A DNA stretch of 64,000 bases from Macrostomum lignano (Eukaryota): NCBI GenBank assembly GCA_002269645.1, contig NIVC01001285.1, forward strand, positions 35,328-99,327, read 5' to 3'. This document shows, piece after piece, positions 19,744 through 31,369 of the stretch (the first letter of the stretch is position 1; each line of letters begins with the position of its first letter). The position numbers and the translations under genes are program-made. The notes below the pieces were generated by a model. That model did no database searches. It was not told the origin of the DNA and saw nothing but the letters and a program-made list of their open reading frames with translations.

Positions 19744-22494
19744 GATAAAAGGTTGGTGGGCTACCCTCAAAGGGGCGCGGTACCCACCCGGCCGCTCCAC
19801 CTGACCGGGCAGTAGGCCAATAGCACCCTCAAGGCTGGCCCGACACCAGGAGGGGGACCGCTTGCGACCGGACTACTCCCCGGCCTTCCAGCCCATCGGC
19901 ACGGTCAACACCTTAGGCATTAGAGAGTACGTTGAGCAGTACCACGGCCTGCAGGTTGGCGAGCCAGACCCGCATACCCAAATTCGGCCGAAGCCACTGG
20001 ATAGGGTCGCCAGCGCCGGAGCCCAGTCTGTCCAGCAGCCCTAGGGACTGCCTTGAACACACGCGGGGACGAGTACCCTGGGTCGACTTGCGAGACAGCG
20101 TGGGGGGGGGGTCTGCGGCTGCCAGAGGCAAATAGAGGGTGCAGACCTCCCACCAGCCTTGACCTGCTGAAGATAGGGGCAGGCGTGAAGCATCGCAGAC
20201 CTTAGCCCATGGGCCTAGTCTGTCTCATACTTCACTGGCATGCTGAATACGCCTTCGCGTGCTTCACGGCAAGCAAATTGCGTAGCATTTCAACCCCTAT
20301 TGCCATAGTCTCTGCTTCCGGCATCGGCAGATTGAACTGCGCCGAAGACTGCTCCACAAGATCGGGCTGCTTCGGCTTCACCTGGTTGCCGGGTCTCTGC
20401 CGATTGTTCAGTCTGTCGGCCTTCTATAATTTAGCCTGGGAGAGCTCAGCTGAATGCGACGTTTACACGTTGAATACGAGTAAGTACAGACTTAAAGTCT
20501 TAATAGACTTAAAGATAGGAAGTACAAACATGCCTGACATGGGCCACGTGTACGTGGAAACCAAGTTCACAACGACTGTGAGCAGCCTGCAGAGTGCTGT
20601 GGGTGATTCACAGAATATTTGGCCATGCACTCACTTAACAGCATTTAGGGCGGCTGAGGCATTCGCTCCCGCTGTGTACGAGTACTAACCTCATCCAACT
20701 CAGAGTAATCATCTGTGTACAATCTTGGTTAATAATTTCAACTTTCAAATTTCAGCTAAACTAAATTTCGTCGCCTGCAACCAGAGCTCGGTGATGCAAA
20801 ACGGAGTCTGCGAGAGAGCATTCGACGGGAATAAGAACCAAGACTACTGGGGCGGACTGAGCTGCATTCACACTGACAATAATGGCCAGCCAGGCTGGTG
20901 GGAGGCTCAACTCGCCGCGCCTGCTCAGATCTCGCATGTCACCATCTACAACAGGGCGGACTGCTGCAGCTCCCGACTGAACAAGATGTCACTAACTGTG
21001 GACGGTGTTGAGTGTCATCGGGTTGACCTGACGGTGGCTTTCTCAATTGCCACTTTCAGCTGCAACGCTTTTGGCAGCAAGTTTGCTATGATTAATTTGC
21101 AAGCTTTTTCGATTACGATGTGCGAAGTTGAGATCTACAGCCTCTAATTAAACAGAACTGAATGACTACTGGTCAGTAGCCGTGAAGAAGGGCTGCACTA
21201 ACCAAACAAAATTAATATACGACACGTAAAACAAATACTTCATGTCTCTCGTGGTCAATATTTATTTATTTATCAATTGGTATACATCGAATGTAGAAGT
21301 ACTTGTTATGCAATCAATTTTCAAGTGCCCTTTTATAAGACAACAGACGATTTTTTTTCTTTTTTTCAATTTCAGTAGCTTCTTCTTTAATACAGATATA
21401 TGATTCTGTAATTTCCTGATCCTGTTCAATTTTTCCGGAATACTCGTATTTATCCCCTAGTGCCATCTTTAGTTGCTGCAACATTGACGTTGTTGACAGC
21501 GCGCGCTTGGCATCAACGTTGACATAAAAATGTTGCTGAATTGTTGCAGGAACATTGATATAGAAAAAGATTTCAAATGTGTGAATTTCTGGCAATTGAA
21601 TTATTGCAACTCGTTTAGATTCGGGAGCTCCTTAAATTAAAATTGTACGGAGTTATTCATTTATGTAATTCTAATTCAGAAGAATCTGTTTCTTTAATGT
21701 ATACGTAAAGATTTGTTAAATGTAGCTGCTACAGTTTTTACTAACCAACTTGATTTAATTTCTACCGTCAGGCACATCGACACGGATTTCTAGCTGCAAA
21801 AAAAATCGTTGCTATTTAGGCCTACTGTTTACCTAACTTTCTATTTGACTTTTTGTTTAGCTTTTTATTTGGTTTATTGCATGTTTGCTTAGCTTTAAAG
21901 TTGGCATAAGTCGAAGGCCTAGAATACAAAAACGTAACTAAAATTAATTAGATAAAAATCTGTTGTTGCAAAGCTCTTCCTACTACACTAGCCCTTGAAT
22001 TTAAACTTAAAGAACATAAAAATATTATTGCCTAGGCCTTAGCCTGGCTACTATATTAAGTTGGGAATGCCAGTTTTTTTGTTTGCTCCTGGGATTACAA
22101 CCATAGCTTTTTTTGCTTACTTGATTGTAACTTGCAAAACTACCCAAGAGATAGACAAAGATCAAGTTGAACCTGAAGTTGCAAATAATCAGGACCAGGC
22201 CCTTAGTGGTCTAGCATCTAATATTGTATTTTTGTCTGGGCCATCTGCTTCTGCACCTACTCTAAGTGAAGACACAGTTGTTGTAGGTAAATAATAATGC
22301 AATGAAACTCTGTTTCTAATATATATTTTTTATGCTTATCTAATATATAAAGTATTTTGATTATGTTATGCTTAGCCTTATTTAGGCCAAACATTTGTTA
22401 GTATAGGCCTAATACTTAAGGTTAGTTAGTATAATATGTTGCTAGGCCCTATAATATAAATATAATACAAACTCATGTTGTTGGTATAAATATG

Positions 22495-22527
<33 letters not shown>

Positions 22528-24053
22528 TAACTATTTTTAGTTCAAGTTTGCCTCAATTATATACCATTTGGTATAGTCTATTTATATATCTATATTAGGC
22601 CTATTGCTCTATATCATAAAATGTTTGTCTAAACATTCCTTTATTATAAGAAGTAAGACTAAGACTGCCAAAATAAAGATTAAAGTGTAGATTGCAAATA
22701 TCAATAAGTTTTTTTGCATTTTGGATGTAAAATAGACTTAGAAATGATTAAAGAGCAAATTTCAACTATAAATAAAAAGTGTTGCAAATCATAGATTTTT
22801 TGTATAAGATCTATAGTTCAGAACACTATATGTGCCCCACAAAAAAACTGTCAACATTCTTTTAATGCCAATATATACCATTTATAATACTTTACACAAA
22901 ACATCTAAATTGCTAGGAATAAGTGATGGAACATGATGGGTGATTTAGATATTTAATTTAAATGAGATGAGCTAAAAACTAAAAATAACAGTTATAGTTA
23001 TATTTATATAATGTTATATATATTAAAAAAACAAAAGTAAACTTTGTGCATTTTTGTTAAAAATCATGACTTTTAACTTATAAAAAACAGAATTCAGTTT
23101 TGCATTAATTTTATATCAAATTTTATAGTAATGTATGCATGGACAACTATTGTAACAATTATTAATAACATAACTTTTCATTCTTTGTGTGTCACAAAAA
23201 TATTAAACATATATGCCAAAAGCCTTAGAAAATCACTTTTTGTGTATGCCAATGTATGCTAAATTTCTTGAGTGTACCCTAGAAATTTCTGGGGTACAAG
23301 ATGCCTTCTTCTGGACTATGGTATAAGATTGTTTCATAAGAAATGTTATATTTAATAACTAGCTAATGATAGCTAAATTAATTTAAATAAAACAAAATTT
23401 ATTGAAAAGTTATTTGTTGGATATGAAGTGCTAGTCAAAATTCAAGAGACTTGAGTATCAAGCTTAAAAGTATATAATGCTGGCTATTTGTATTCAACCT
23501 AATTTGTTAATTTTTATATATGCTCCTAAAGACCCTATATTAGTTTTATTATTTATTATATTTATTAGTTTTAGTTCTACTATATTAGACCCTAAATCAA
23601 ACCTTGCCTATAAAAATGTTTGCTATGCTAAATGATGAATTTGGTGTATTTGGGATTTGTTCATAATGATAATTGTCAACTTGATTTATTTTTGCTTTTG
23701 GCAAAACTTTGAGTAAATTTTTTTATCTATAATGCTTCTGTTTGGAGAAAATAAAGCTTGCAATGTTGTTAAACAATTATTATTTTCTTTAAAGCACAAG
23801 ATGCAAGTTTTAGGAAATTTGTGGATTGTATATTAGATTTGTAATATAAACATATTTTTTGCTATAATTTATATTATATATATGTTGCAATAAGCATATA
23901 CTTATGTTGAGTACTCATTATCAAGGGTATGATCTTGATACTCTGACAGTTTCTTGCTAGGTCTTGCTCAAGGTATTGAATGCATAGAAGGCTTCATTAT
24001 GCTGGCGTAATTATGAGGCTTTCATTTCATCCATTTCTCTATAATTTGTCTAG

Positions 24054-26390
24054 ATTTTTCCTCAACATCTGTTCATGGAGCCAGTAAGCGAACAGTCCAA
24101 CGACATATTAAGAGAAGCTACGAGGAAGCTGCAGTTATGCTGCATTGCCCATGTCACACTGAAGATCCAAGTCAACAGCCAACTGAGCCTATGGCAGAGC
24201 TTGGAATTCATGCTGCTCCTGAGCCCACAGAAGAGTCTCAAATGGAACTTGAATACCAGGAGATGACTAGTGATGATGTTGGTAAGATTGAATGTATCTA
24301 TTTTTTATAATAACCCCTAATTGCTTTCAACACTTTTTATTGACATCTTAGTGTGCTTGATCCTCTAAACTGAATATGAACCTTACACCATCCATTATTC
24401 ATTTCTGCTTTACAAATAAATTAACTTAAATTTTTTCTGTAACTTTGAAAGTTAAACAAAAATTTAGAGTAAAAATGTGATTTTATCAACAAGTATGTGC
24501 ATAATCTTTTTAATAGTTTTTGATAATACTCTAGCTATTTATTTCTTACATTTAGGAAACCTGACTTCTTCAACGATTGAATCAGCCCTTCATTCTGATG
24601 ACAACCAATGTGCGAGACTCGAGGCCATGCTTCGAGACTGGGTTAAAGCAACAGGCCCAGAAGTGCCGTGCGTGAACTACTTGCTTCAGAATCTACAAGA
24701 CGAGTTTCCTGGTCTAGCTGCTGACTATCGTGGACTAATGACTACACCAAGGGAGCTTACTTTTCGCTATGTCAACCCAGGGCGATATTATCATTTTGGC
24801 GTTAAAGCTGGTCTTGACTTTCTCCTGAGCAATATTGGATCACGCTCTCGTCTGGATTCCTTGAACCTCCACCTTTTTGTTGATGGTGCAAAAGTGCACA
24901 ATAGCACTACCTATACATTGTGGCCTGTGTTGGGTAGAGTTTCGAATTTGTCTCATTCTGTTTTTATAATCGGGCTTTACTATGGAACTGGCAAACCCCT
25001 CTCTGCTTCGGACTTTCTTGCCGACTGTATTACTGAATTGCGTGATTTGATGGCTGATGGATTTGTCTCTACTGTCACTTCAGAGTCAGATCTCATATTA
25101 CCTTTTAAACTTTCAATGATTACCTGCGATTCACCAGCACGCAGCTTTGTAAAAGGAACAAAAGCATGTTGGGGATACTTTGGTTGCGACAAGTGCACTG
25201 TTGAAGGGGACTTTTGTAATGGAAGAGTGACATTTTCTGACCTAAGTGCTGCACTACGAACTGACTTTGGCTTCAGAGGTGATGTATACCCAAATCATGT
25301 TCTTCTACCAAGCCCTTTTTTAAGTTTGCCCATCGACATGGTTCATGATTTTCCTCTGGATCCAATGCACTTAATATACGAGGGTATTGTTCCTAAATGT
25401 TTAAAATTCCTCGGTAAGGGACGCTTGCCCCATCGAGCATCTGGACCTAATATTCGTCAGATAAGTGCTGATCTGTGTTCTATTTCGTCTTGCATTCCGC
25501 ATGATTTTGCACGAAAGCCACGGTCGATTGAGTGCGTGGGTCTTTGGAAGGCAACTGAGTTTAGATTGTTTATTTTGTACTTGGCGCCAATTGTTTTAGC
25601 TGGAAACGTCCCTGAATCTGTGTATCAATTATTTCTTTCTCTGCATTCGTTTGTTTTCCTATTGTCGCATCCTTTGGTTTGTCAAACGTACTGCTCTTAT
25701 GCCGAAGATTTGGCAAAGCACATTGTTAATGAATGTGCAATTATTTGGGGTGACGAGTTTATCGTGTACACTGTGCATTCAATAATTCATATTCCTTCAG
25801 AAGTTCGTCGACGTGGTCCGTTGGATAGTTTTAGTTGCTTTTGGGGCGAAAATTTTATCCGCTTTATTACCCAGTTTGTTCGCAGTCCACGTTTTGCTCT
25901 CGAGCAGACTGTGAAGCGAATTCTGGAGAGAGATGTGACTCTCGGTTTTTTTCCTAAGCACATGTGTTCTATTCAGTCGCCTTTTGAATATTCCGGTCCA
26001 ATTGCATCTTCGAATGTAGACTTCTCATTGCAAGGAGTTCAGACATTTGGTATTTACCGTAAAGTTAGTCTTGTATTGCGTGGAACGTATATATCTGTTG
26101 CTAATCCAGACTGCTATATTTTAACTCGAGATGGATTTGCAGTTGTAGTCACTCATATAATTTCTACTGATGTCGGTTGTATTTTCGTTGGCAAGAAATT
26201 TATTCAGCAAACCGCCCTCTACGACGAAACTTTCGACTCAATGTCTCTGCACATTTCCGTTGTCAATACTTTAAGCAACTCACTCGTAACTGTACGATGG
26301 ACTGATTTCTATGGTAAAGCGATGCTTGTAAGTCTCAAAAATCGTTCCTGCATTCTCCCTATTTTACATACATTGGTCGACTGTGCGTAG
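24054..26390 (+). CDS. EnSpm/CMC-type DDE transposase
   Basis: Exon 24054-24281 (ASKRTVQRHIKR) joins in phase 1 to exon 24556-26390. Motifs LFVDGA, WPVLG, GLYYGTGKP, ITCDSPARSFVKG, GYFGCDKC, FPLDPMHL, FRLFILY, HGPLD-like RGPLDSFSCFWGENF. The start exon was not located. Confidence 0.9.
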
Positions 26391-26889
26391 CTTCTACGCA
26401 CATCAAGCATTTCTCTGCAAATGTTTGGAAGCAACTGAATGAACTCTCTGTCTGACTTCTTCTAGCTAGCTGCTTTCTCATTCAGCAAATGTTGGTTTCA
26501 TTTTTAGCCACTCCCACTGAGTAAGCAGGTAATATTAGAAAATATAAATGTTTGTGGGAAGAACATACTATCATTTCACGCTGTCACTAATTTCATGCTT
26601 TCATATTAAATTCTTTCCAACAATCGCATATAGACCTAGACATGATTAGGCATAGACATGCGAAATATATGACAGTCCCTTTTTAGATGGTTTTCTTTGC
26701 TTCGCAAAATGGTTTTGCTGTTTGTTAACAGATTTTTAGTGAAGGTAGGCTTCTGAAATATATGCGTTGCGTTTTCACCCATAGTACTATAAAATAATAA
26801 AGGAAAATGTGTTCCGATCCGATAGCTTTTCTAACTTTGCTTTGTTTCCCTCCAACTTTTATTTCAGCATATTCGGGCCAAGTCTATGA

Positions 26890-29740
26890 ATGAGTCTAAA
26901 CGACCTGAATGCATTTGTTGTTGTTCGCTTCAATGAAACTGAAGAAATTGAAATCGTTCGTCGTTCCTGGCTTCAGGGCAGCGACAGCGTCTTGTGCCCT
27001 CCCCTGAAAAAGTTCAAGGCTTGCTTGACAAACCAGTCGAAGTCAGTCCCAGACGATAGTTGGTTGCCTTACAAAGTCGACATCATTGGATCGAGAGGTG
27101 AGTTTATGTGCTAATGCAGAATTATTTTCAAATAGGTAGATTATATATGATATGCCTATGATTACATATGAAGCCAGTCTTAAGTGCAATTATTGTACTA
27201 TTTTCTTGTATACATTAGAAAAAAGTACTTCAATGTGGCTCCTATTATCTACATCGGGGGGTTGATATTTTTTCTTGTTTAATTAGATGTGGGATGACTA
27301 AGTCCCACGTGAAAGCGAATTTTCATAGCTAATAATAAAGGATGTAATTTTATATAGTGTACATGTACATGTGTCTATTCCCCTTCATGCAGATCAATTT
27401 CCCGCTGCTGTCAACCTGCGGAAGCGGTACGAGAGTCGGGGAGAAGTTGATTCTACTGATATAGATGCTCCACGAAGAATTCAAGTTGTCGACCACTATT
27501 ACAATGAGAATTTCGACATTGAGACTCGAAAAACCGGCCGAAAGAGAACGACAAAGAGCAAATCCTCTACACTGGGTAACAGCCGGAGTGCTGGACAGTC
27601 GTCAGCGCCACCAAAGTTTCAACCTGATGGCACGAGGCCACCTTTGACAATAAGCAGCAGTTCGAATTTGGCTTCCATCCAACATGAAGCCATCTTGGCA
27701 AGCGCAGTTCATGCTACTACATCGAGTCTGAGCCCGTTTTCACAGTCTTCTTGTGGCAGCTTCAGCACCAGCACCAATTTAGCTGCAGCTGCCGCGGCCT
27801 CTCCGATGGGGCATGGAATCCAGCACCATCCTGCTTCTGCTGCAGCTGCCGCGGCCTCTCCGATGGGGCATGGAATCCAGCACCATCCTGCTTCTGCTGC
27901 ATCTGCCGCGGCCTCTCCGATGGGGCATGGAATCCAGCACCATCCTGCTTCTGCTGCATCTGCCGCGGCCTCTCCGATGGGGCATGGAATCCAGCACCAT
28001 CCTGCTTCTGCTGCATCTGCCGCGGCCTCTCCGATGGGGCATGGAATCCAGCACCATCCTGCTTCTGCTGCATCTGCCGCGGCCTCTCCGATGGGGCATG
28101 GAATCCAGCACCATCCTGCTTCTGCTGCATCTGCCGCGGCCTCCGATGGGGCATGGAATCCAGCACCATCCTGCTTCTGCTGCATCTGCCGCGGCCTCTC
28201 CGATGGGGCATGGAATCCAGCACCATCCTGCTTCTGCTGCAGCTGCCGCGGCCTCTGCGATTGGCGTTTACGACGCGAGCCGTGCAGACATATTGGACTT
28301 TCTAGTGACAGCCGTGCGGCGGATTGAAAGTAAGCCAGCTAAAAAAATTTCTTTCGCTACTGAGGCGCTGATATAAGAAAATTTAGAAGTTCTAATCCGA
28401 GCTCTTCATTTCCAGAATTAAGTAAAGTTACGATTTAAATTAAAATGGCGTAATGCACTATTAAACATTCAGCTCCGCATGATTCTGAGTTTTGCTGCGA
28501 TTTACACTTTTTAATTTGTACTTAACGTTTCGGAGGTTCATCTGGTTTGTATAGAGAATAATCTATTTGAGTCACTAACTGACTATTATCCCTGACTGGC
28601 TGATACATCTTCTCGATAATTTTCTTCATTTTAGCAACCCAGCGCGCGATGCATGGTGCGATTTGTGGCCTGGCTACAGAGGTGAAAGACTTTCACCTGC
28701 AGTTTCTTGCTCTGCAGAACTCTTCGTCTCGTAGTACAGGTGCAAACTCCAGCAATGCCCAGCACGGCCAACAGCCAACCGACAGGCCTATACTTCAAGA
28801 TCTGCCATTTACCGAAGTCGATAAACTGACTGAGTGGGCCACACGACTAACAAGTGATCGAGGCTGCTTAAATGATGCAGTGAGTGCTAGTATTTTGTAT
28901 GATTTTTATCATTGCACGATTTACAAAAGCGACTGGATGCCGCTTAACTGCCGCATGTATTTTATGAGAGAATATAACACATTACAAGACATGACTATTA
29001 ATGTGTAATGTCTTGTAGTTTATTAATTCAATTTCTAGTCTACCATTCGAATTCATTCCACACATTTCAGTTTCTGTTCTTCAAGCGGCTTACCAGCAAA
29101 ACTCTAATGAAGTCCGTCGCTAATATCTTATACCACATCATGGATGACAAGCTTGCTCATCAGTTCAGTCTCCGTGGTGCCAAGCGTTCTGGCGTTTCCA
29201 AGTATTGCTTTGAGTCAACTGGCCTGCTGCCTTTTATCAAAAGTAAGCAACATAATGGTGCTTAGGATTTTGTCTCTTCTATGATAAAATGTGTATTTAA
29301 GCTGCTTAGTTAAATATATATCAATTCTGTACGTCCATATCTAGATACTAATCTACTTTGGGTAAGCAAAACTAATGGGCAGTATTTACCTACTTTTAGA
29401 CGTCGTGTGGAGTGTTCACAAAGACGCCAAAGGCGAGGCCATTGAATCCGCGGTGGGCGAACATCTGCGCCACTCAGGCACTCGGTTCCGCCGAAAAAGG
29501 TGCTCACAGCAGTCCGCACAGCGTCCGACTGGAGAACTTCGGAACTCGGCTGCAGGCCCAAGGAGCACTCGGCAAAGCGGAGGTGACGGCGCAGACATGA
29601 ACACTGACGGCGATGCAAGTGGCGAGAGCGACAGCAGTTCTGACGACGAGGGCGCTCACGACAGCAGCGAAGATAATGACAATGGCGGCCAACGATTTGA
29701 AGTCATCAACGTTGACGGTTGTACACTTACTCAACTTTGA
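26890..29740 (+). CDS. Second transposon gene (TnpA-like, DUF4806-like), five exons, frameshifted in a tandem repeat
   Basis: Exons 26890-27097, 27393-28329, 28635-28879, 29071-29242 and 29400-29740 have phase-compatible GT-AG junctions. N-terminal FVVVRF..EIEIV..W..CPP..W..Y and C-terminal ILYHIMDDKLAHQFSLRGAK...ESAVGEHLRHSGTR resemble the companion genes of animal EnSpm elements. A 2 bp deletion lies near 28141. Confidence 0.7.
27791..28256 (+). repeat. 57 bp coding minisatellite, 8 copies plus a partial
   Basis: Units start at 27791, 27848, 27905, 27962, 28019, 28076, 28133 (55 bp) and 28188; each encodes AAASPMGHGIQHHPASAAS. Confidence 0.95.
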
Positions 29741-31369
29741 GTAAATAGGAGTTCAGACTTCACGGGATTGGTGGCTTAATAAAACTAGTTGTTCTAAGTT
29801 CTAAGAACAAAGATCAGTATAGACTCGCTCTAGGTTAGGTGAATCTCTTTGGAGGCTATAGCTGTTTTTAATCATCGCCATCAGATCTCTAGTTATCTTT
29901 GCATCTTTTCTGAACGACATGTCTGTTTTGCCAGCATGCAAATAGCAGTTGCCATTAATAATAGTTTTGCGAATCTCTTATTTTCCTGCTAACTTTTTTA
30001 TTCATTAAAAGAAACACTGCAGGTTGCAGCTTGCAGTCACACACAAAGATACACATCATGCGCATCTAATGTAGTAAATATTTTTATTGCTTTCTTGACC
30101 TACTATAATGGTAACCGTCTGATCTGATGTGTTTACGATAAAACAAAAAAAATTAATGGTGCTCATTAGCTAATCTTCGCAGACCTTTAAATCGAAACGT
30201 TTTTTGCTATTTTACTTATTCTTTTTAGCAAATGCTAAGTCATGGCCGTATTTTCGTATTATTTCAAGATGTAGGAGTCTCGATTTTTGAACCTGTGTGC
30301 AAGCTACAGATTTTTTACTATGTAGTCAGTGTTACTACCGGTAGAAGTTCCTTAACAACAATCCAAAATTAATGCATGGCATGCGAAAGAAAGACATAAG
30401 CAAGTGTAATAGTAGAGTCGTCGTATATTATAGAATGAAAGTGATACGAAATATATGTAGTATATAGAATAATACACATACATTAGATACTACTAATAGT
30501 AGACACGACGACTACATGTTGCACAGATGTTGATGTATGTTGATTTTGCAATGTTGATGCGTCAACCATTCTGCAACGTTGTTTTGCGCGACAAACGGTC
30601 GCTTCTAGCAACGTTTACCACTTGTTGCGCGTCAACATTTGTACAACATTCCCGCAACATAAATGGCACTAGGGGTATGTTGCTATCTTTTTACAGTTCA
30701 AGCAATGCCTTCATGTCTACTCTTGTACCTAGATACTACTTTGTTTACTAAGGTTTACAAACCAATGACAGTACAGTAACCCAATCCAATTGTAGATTAA
30801 AATACATTGCAAGTGAAATAAACTGAAATAATAGCTATAAAGACTGAGCTCTGCTCTCACAAGTTCTGTGGGTTATAAATAGCAGGCATACTGTGGCTAT
30901 GCACTGGAAAATTTGATTTTCTTTTGCAACCAAACCTGACGCGCAGAAGGCCTAAGATTTGCAGTGGGTAGCATTTCTTTGTTTCTGGCTGCAGCAATTG
31001 CTTCTGCTGAGGAGGAGGAGGGCGCATTGCGACTGCCAGCTAGCGCTTATAAATTATGCAATTGTCTTGAAAACTTGTTTCCAACCCATACCTATCGAGA
31101 CAAACGCAGCTTGCCAAGATTGTGGACAAGCGTGGTACCTGCGGTTTAGGCTACTGGTTTGGTTTTACTGCTATTTTTATTATCATGTACTTTTAATTTG
31201 GTAGGTTGCTGCCACCAGACTAATGTCCCTTATAGTTAATGTTAAATTAAAATAAGTGAGACAAGAGTCAATGTTATGTAAGGTTAGTAGAACACACAAA
31301 GAAGGTATTATTTAACACCAAATATGCAAAGAGTAAAGTTCACACTTTTAGTTCCCTATGTTAACAATT

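Larger units (their letters stand above)
14367..20262 (-). mobile_element. Non-LTR retrotransposon family 2 (LOA/R1-like), apparently full length, 5.9 kb
   Basis: 12 bp TSD TTCACGGCAAGC at 14355-14366 and 20263-20274. It has an (AAGTC)n tail, a ~520 nt 5' UTR, ORF1 and an intact ORF2. Confidence 0.95.
14277..21147 (+). pseudogene. Lectin gene B: secreted PAN/Apple + F-type lectin, paralogue of gene A, disrupted by an antisense LINE insertion in exon 1
   Basis: Exon 1 = 14277-14366 plus 20275-20479, reading MHKRVLNLLSCAILLWLCRPTTA-KTVFTAS|KLRSIS...CAEDCSTRSGCFGFTW...GLCRLF...CDVYTLN. A phase-1 intron at 20480-20755 sits at the same position as in gene A. Exon 2 = 20756-21147 with H-x27-RAD-x4-R. 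Confidence 0.9.
21454..30675 (+). mobile_element. Complete CMC/EnSpm (CACTA-type) DNA transposon, 9.2 kb
   Basis: Perfect 13 bp TIRs CCCCTAGTGCCAT (21454-21466) / ATGGCACTAGGGG (30663-30675), flanked by a TAT direct repeat. Dense subterminal ATGTTG/CAACAT motifs at 21470-21610 and 30510-30660. Contains a transposase and a second gene. Confidence 0.9.

Noticed and set aside
19973-20036. Complete HDV-like ribozyme (GCUGGA/UCCAGU P1, GG, cUUCGg, CCGAA)
   Set aside because: P1, P1.1-like and J4/2-like parts fit, but there is no correctly placed P2 5' strand and the L3 loop is too long. Not called without computation.
6270-20153. Many overlapping and antisense ORFs within the LINEs (e.g. 6556-7269, 7300-7932, 14745-15347, 18288-18794)
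   Set aside because: Shadow ORFs of GC-rich coding DNA with no domain motifs.
6289-20274. Sequence-specific targeting of the lectin genes by the LINEs
   Set aside because: The three TSDs are unrelated, and the sites and orientations within the paralogues differ.
27709-28376. Cys/Trp-rich or Leu-rich peptide ORFs
   Set aside because: Alternative frames of the 57 bp minisatellite. Only the AAASPMGHGIQHHP frame is consistent with the flanking splice phases.
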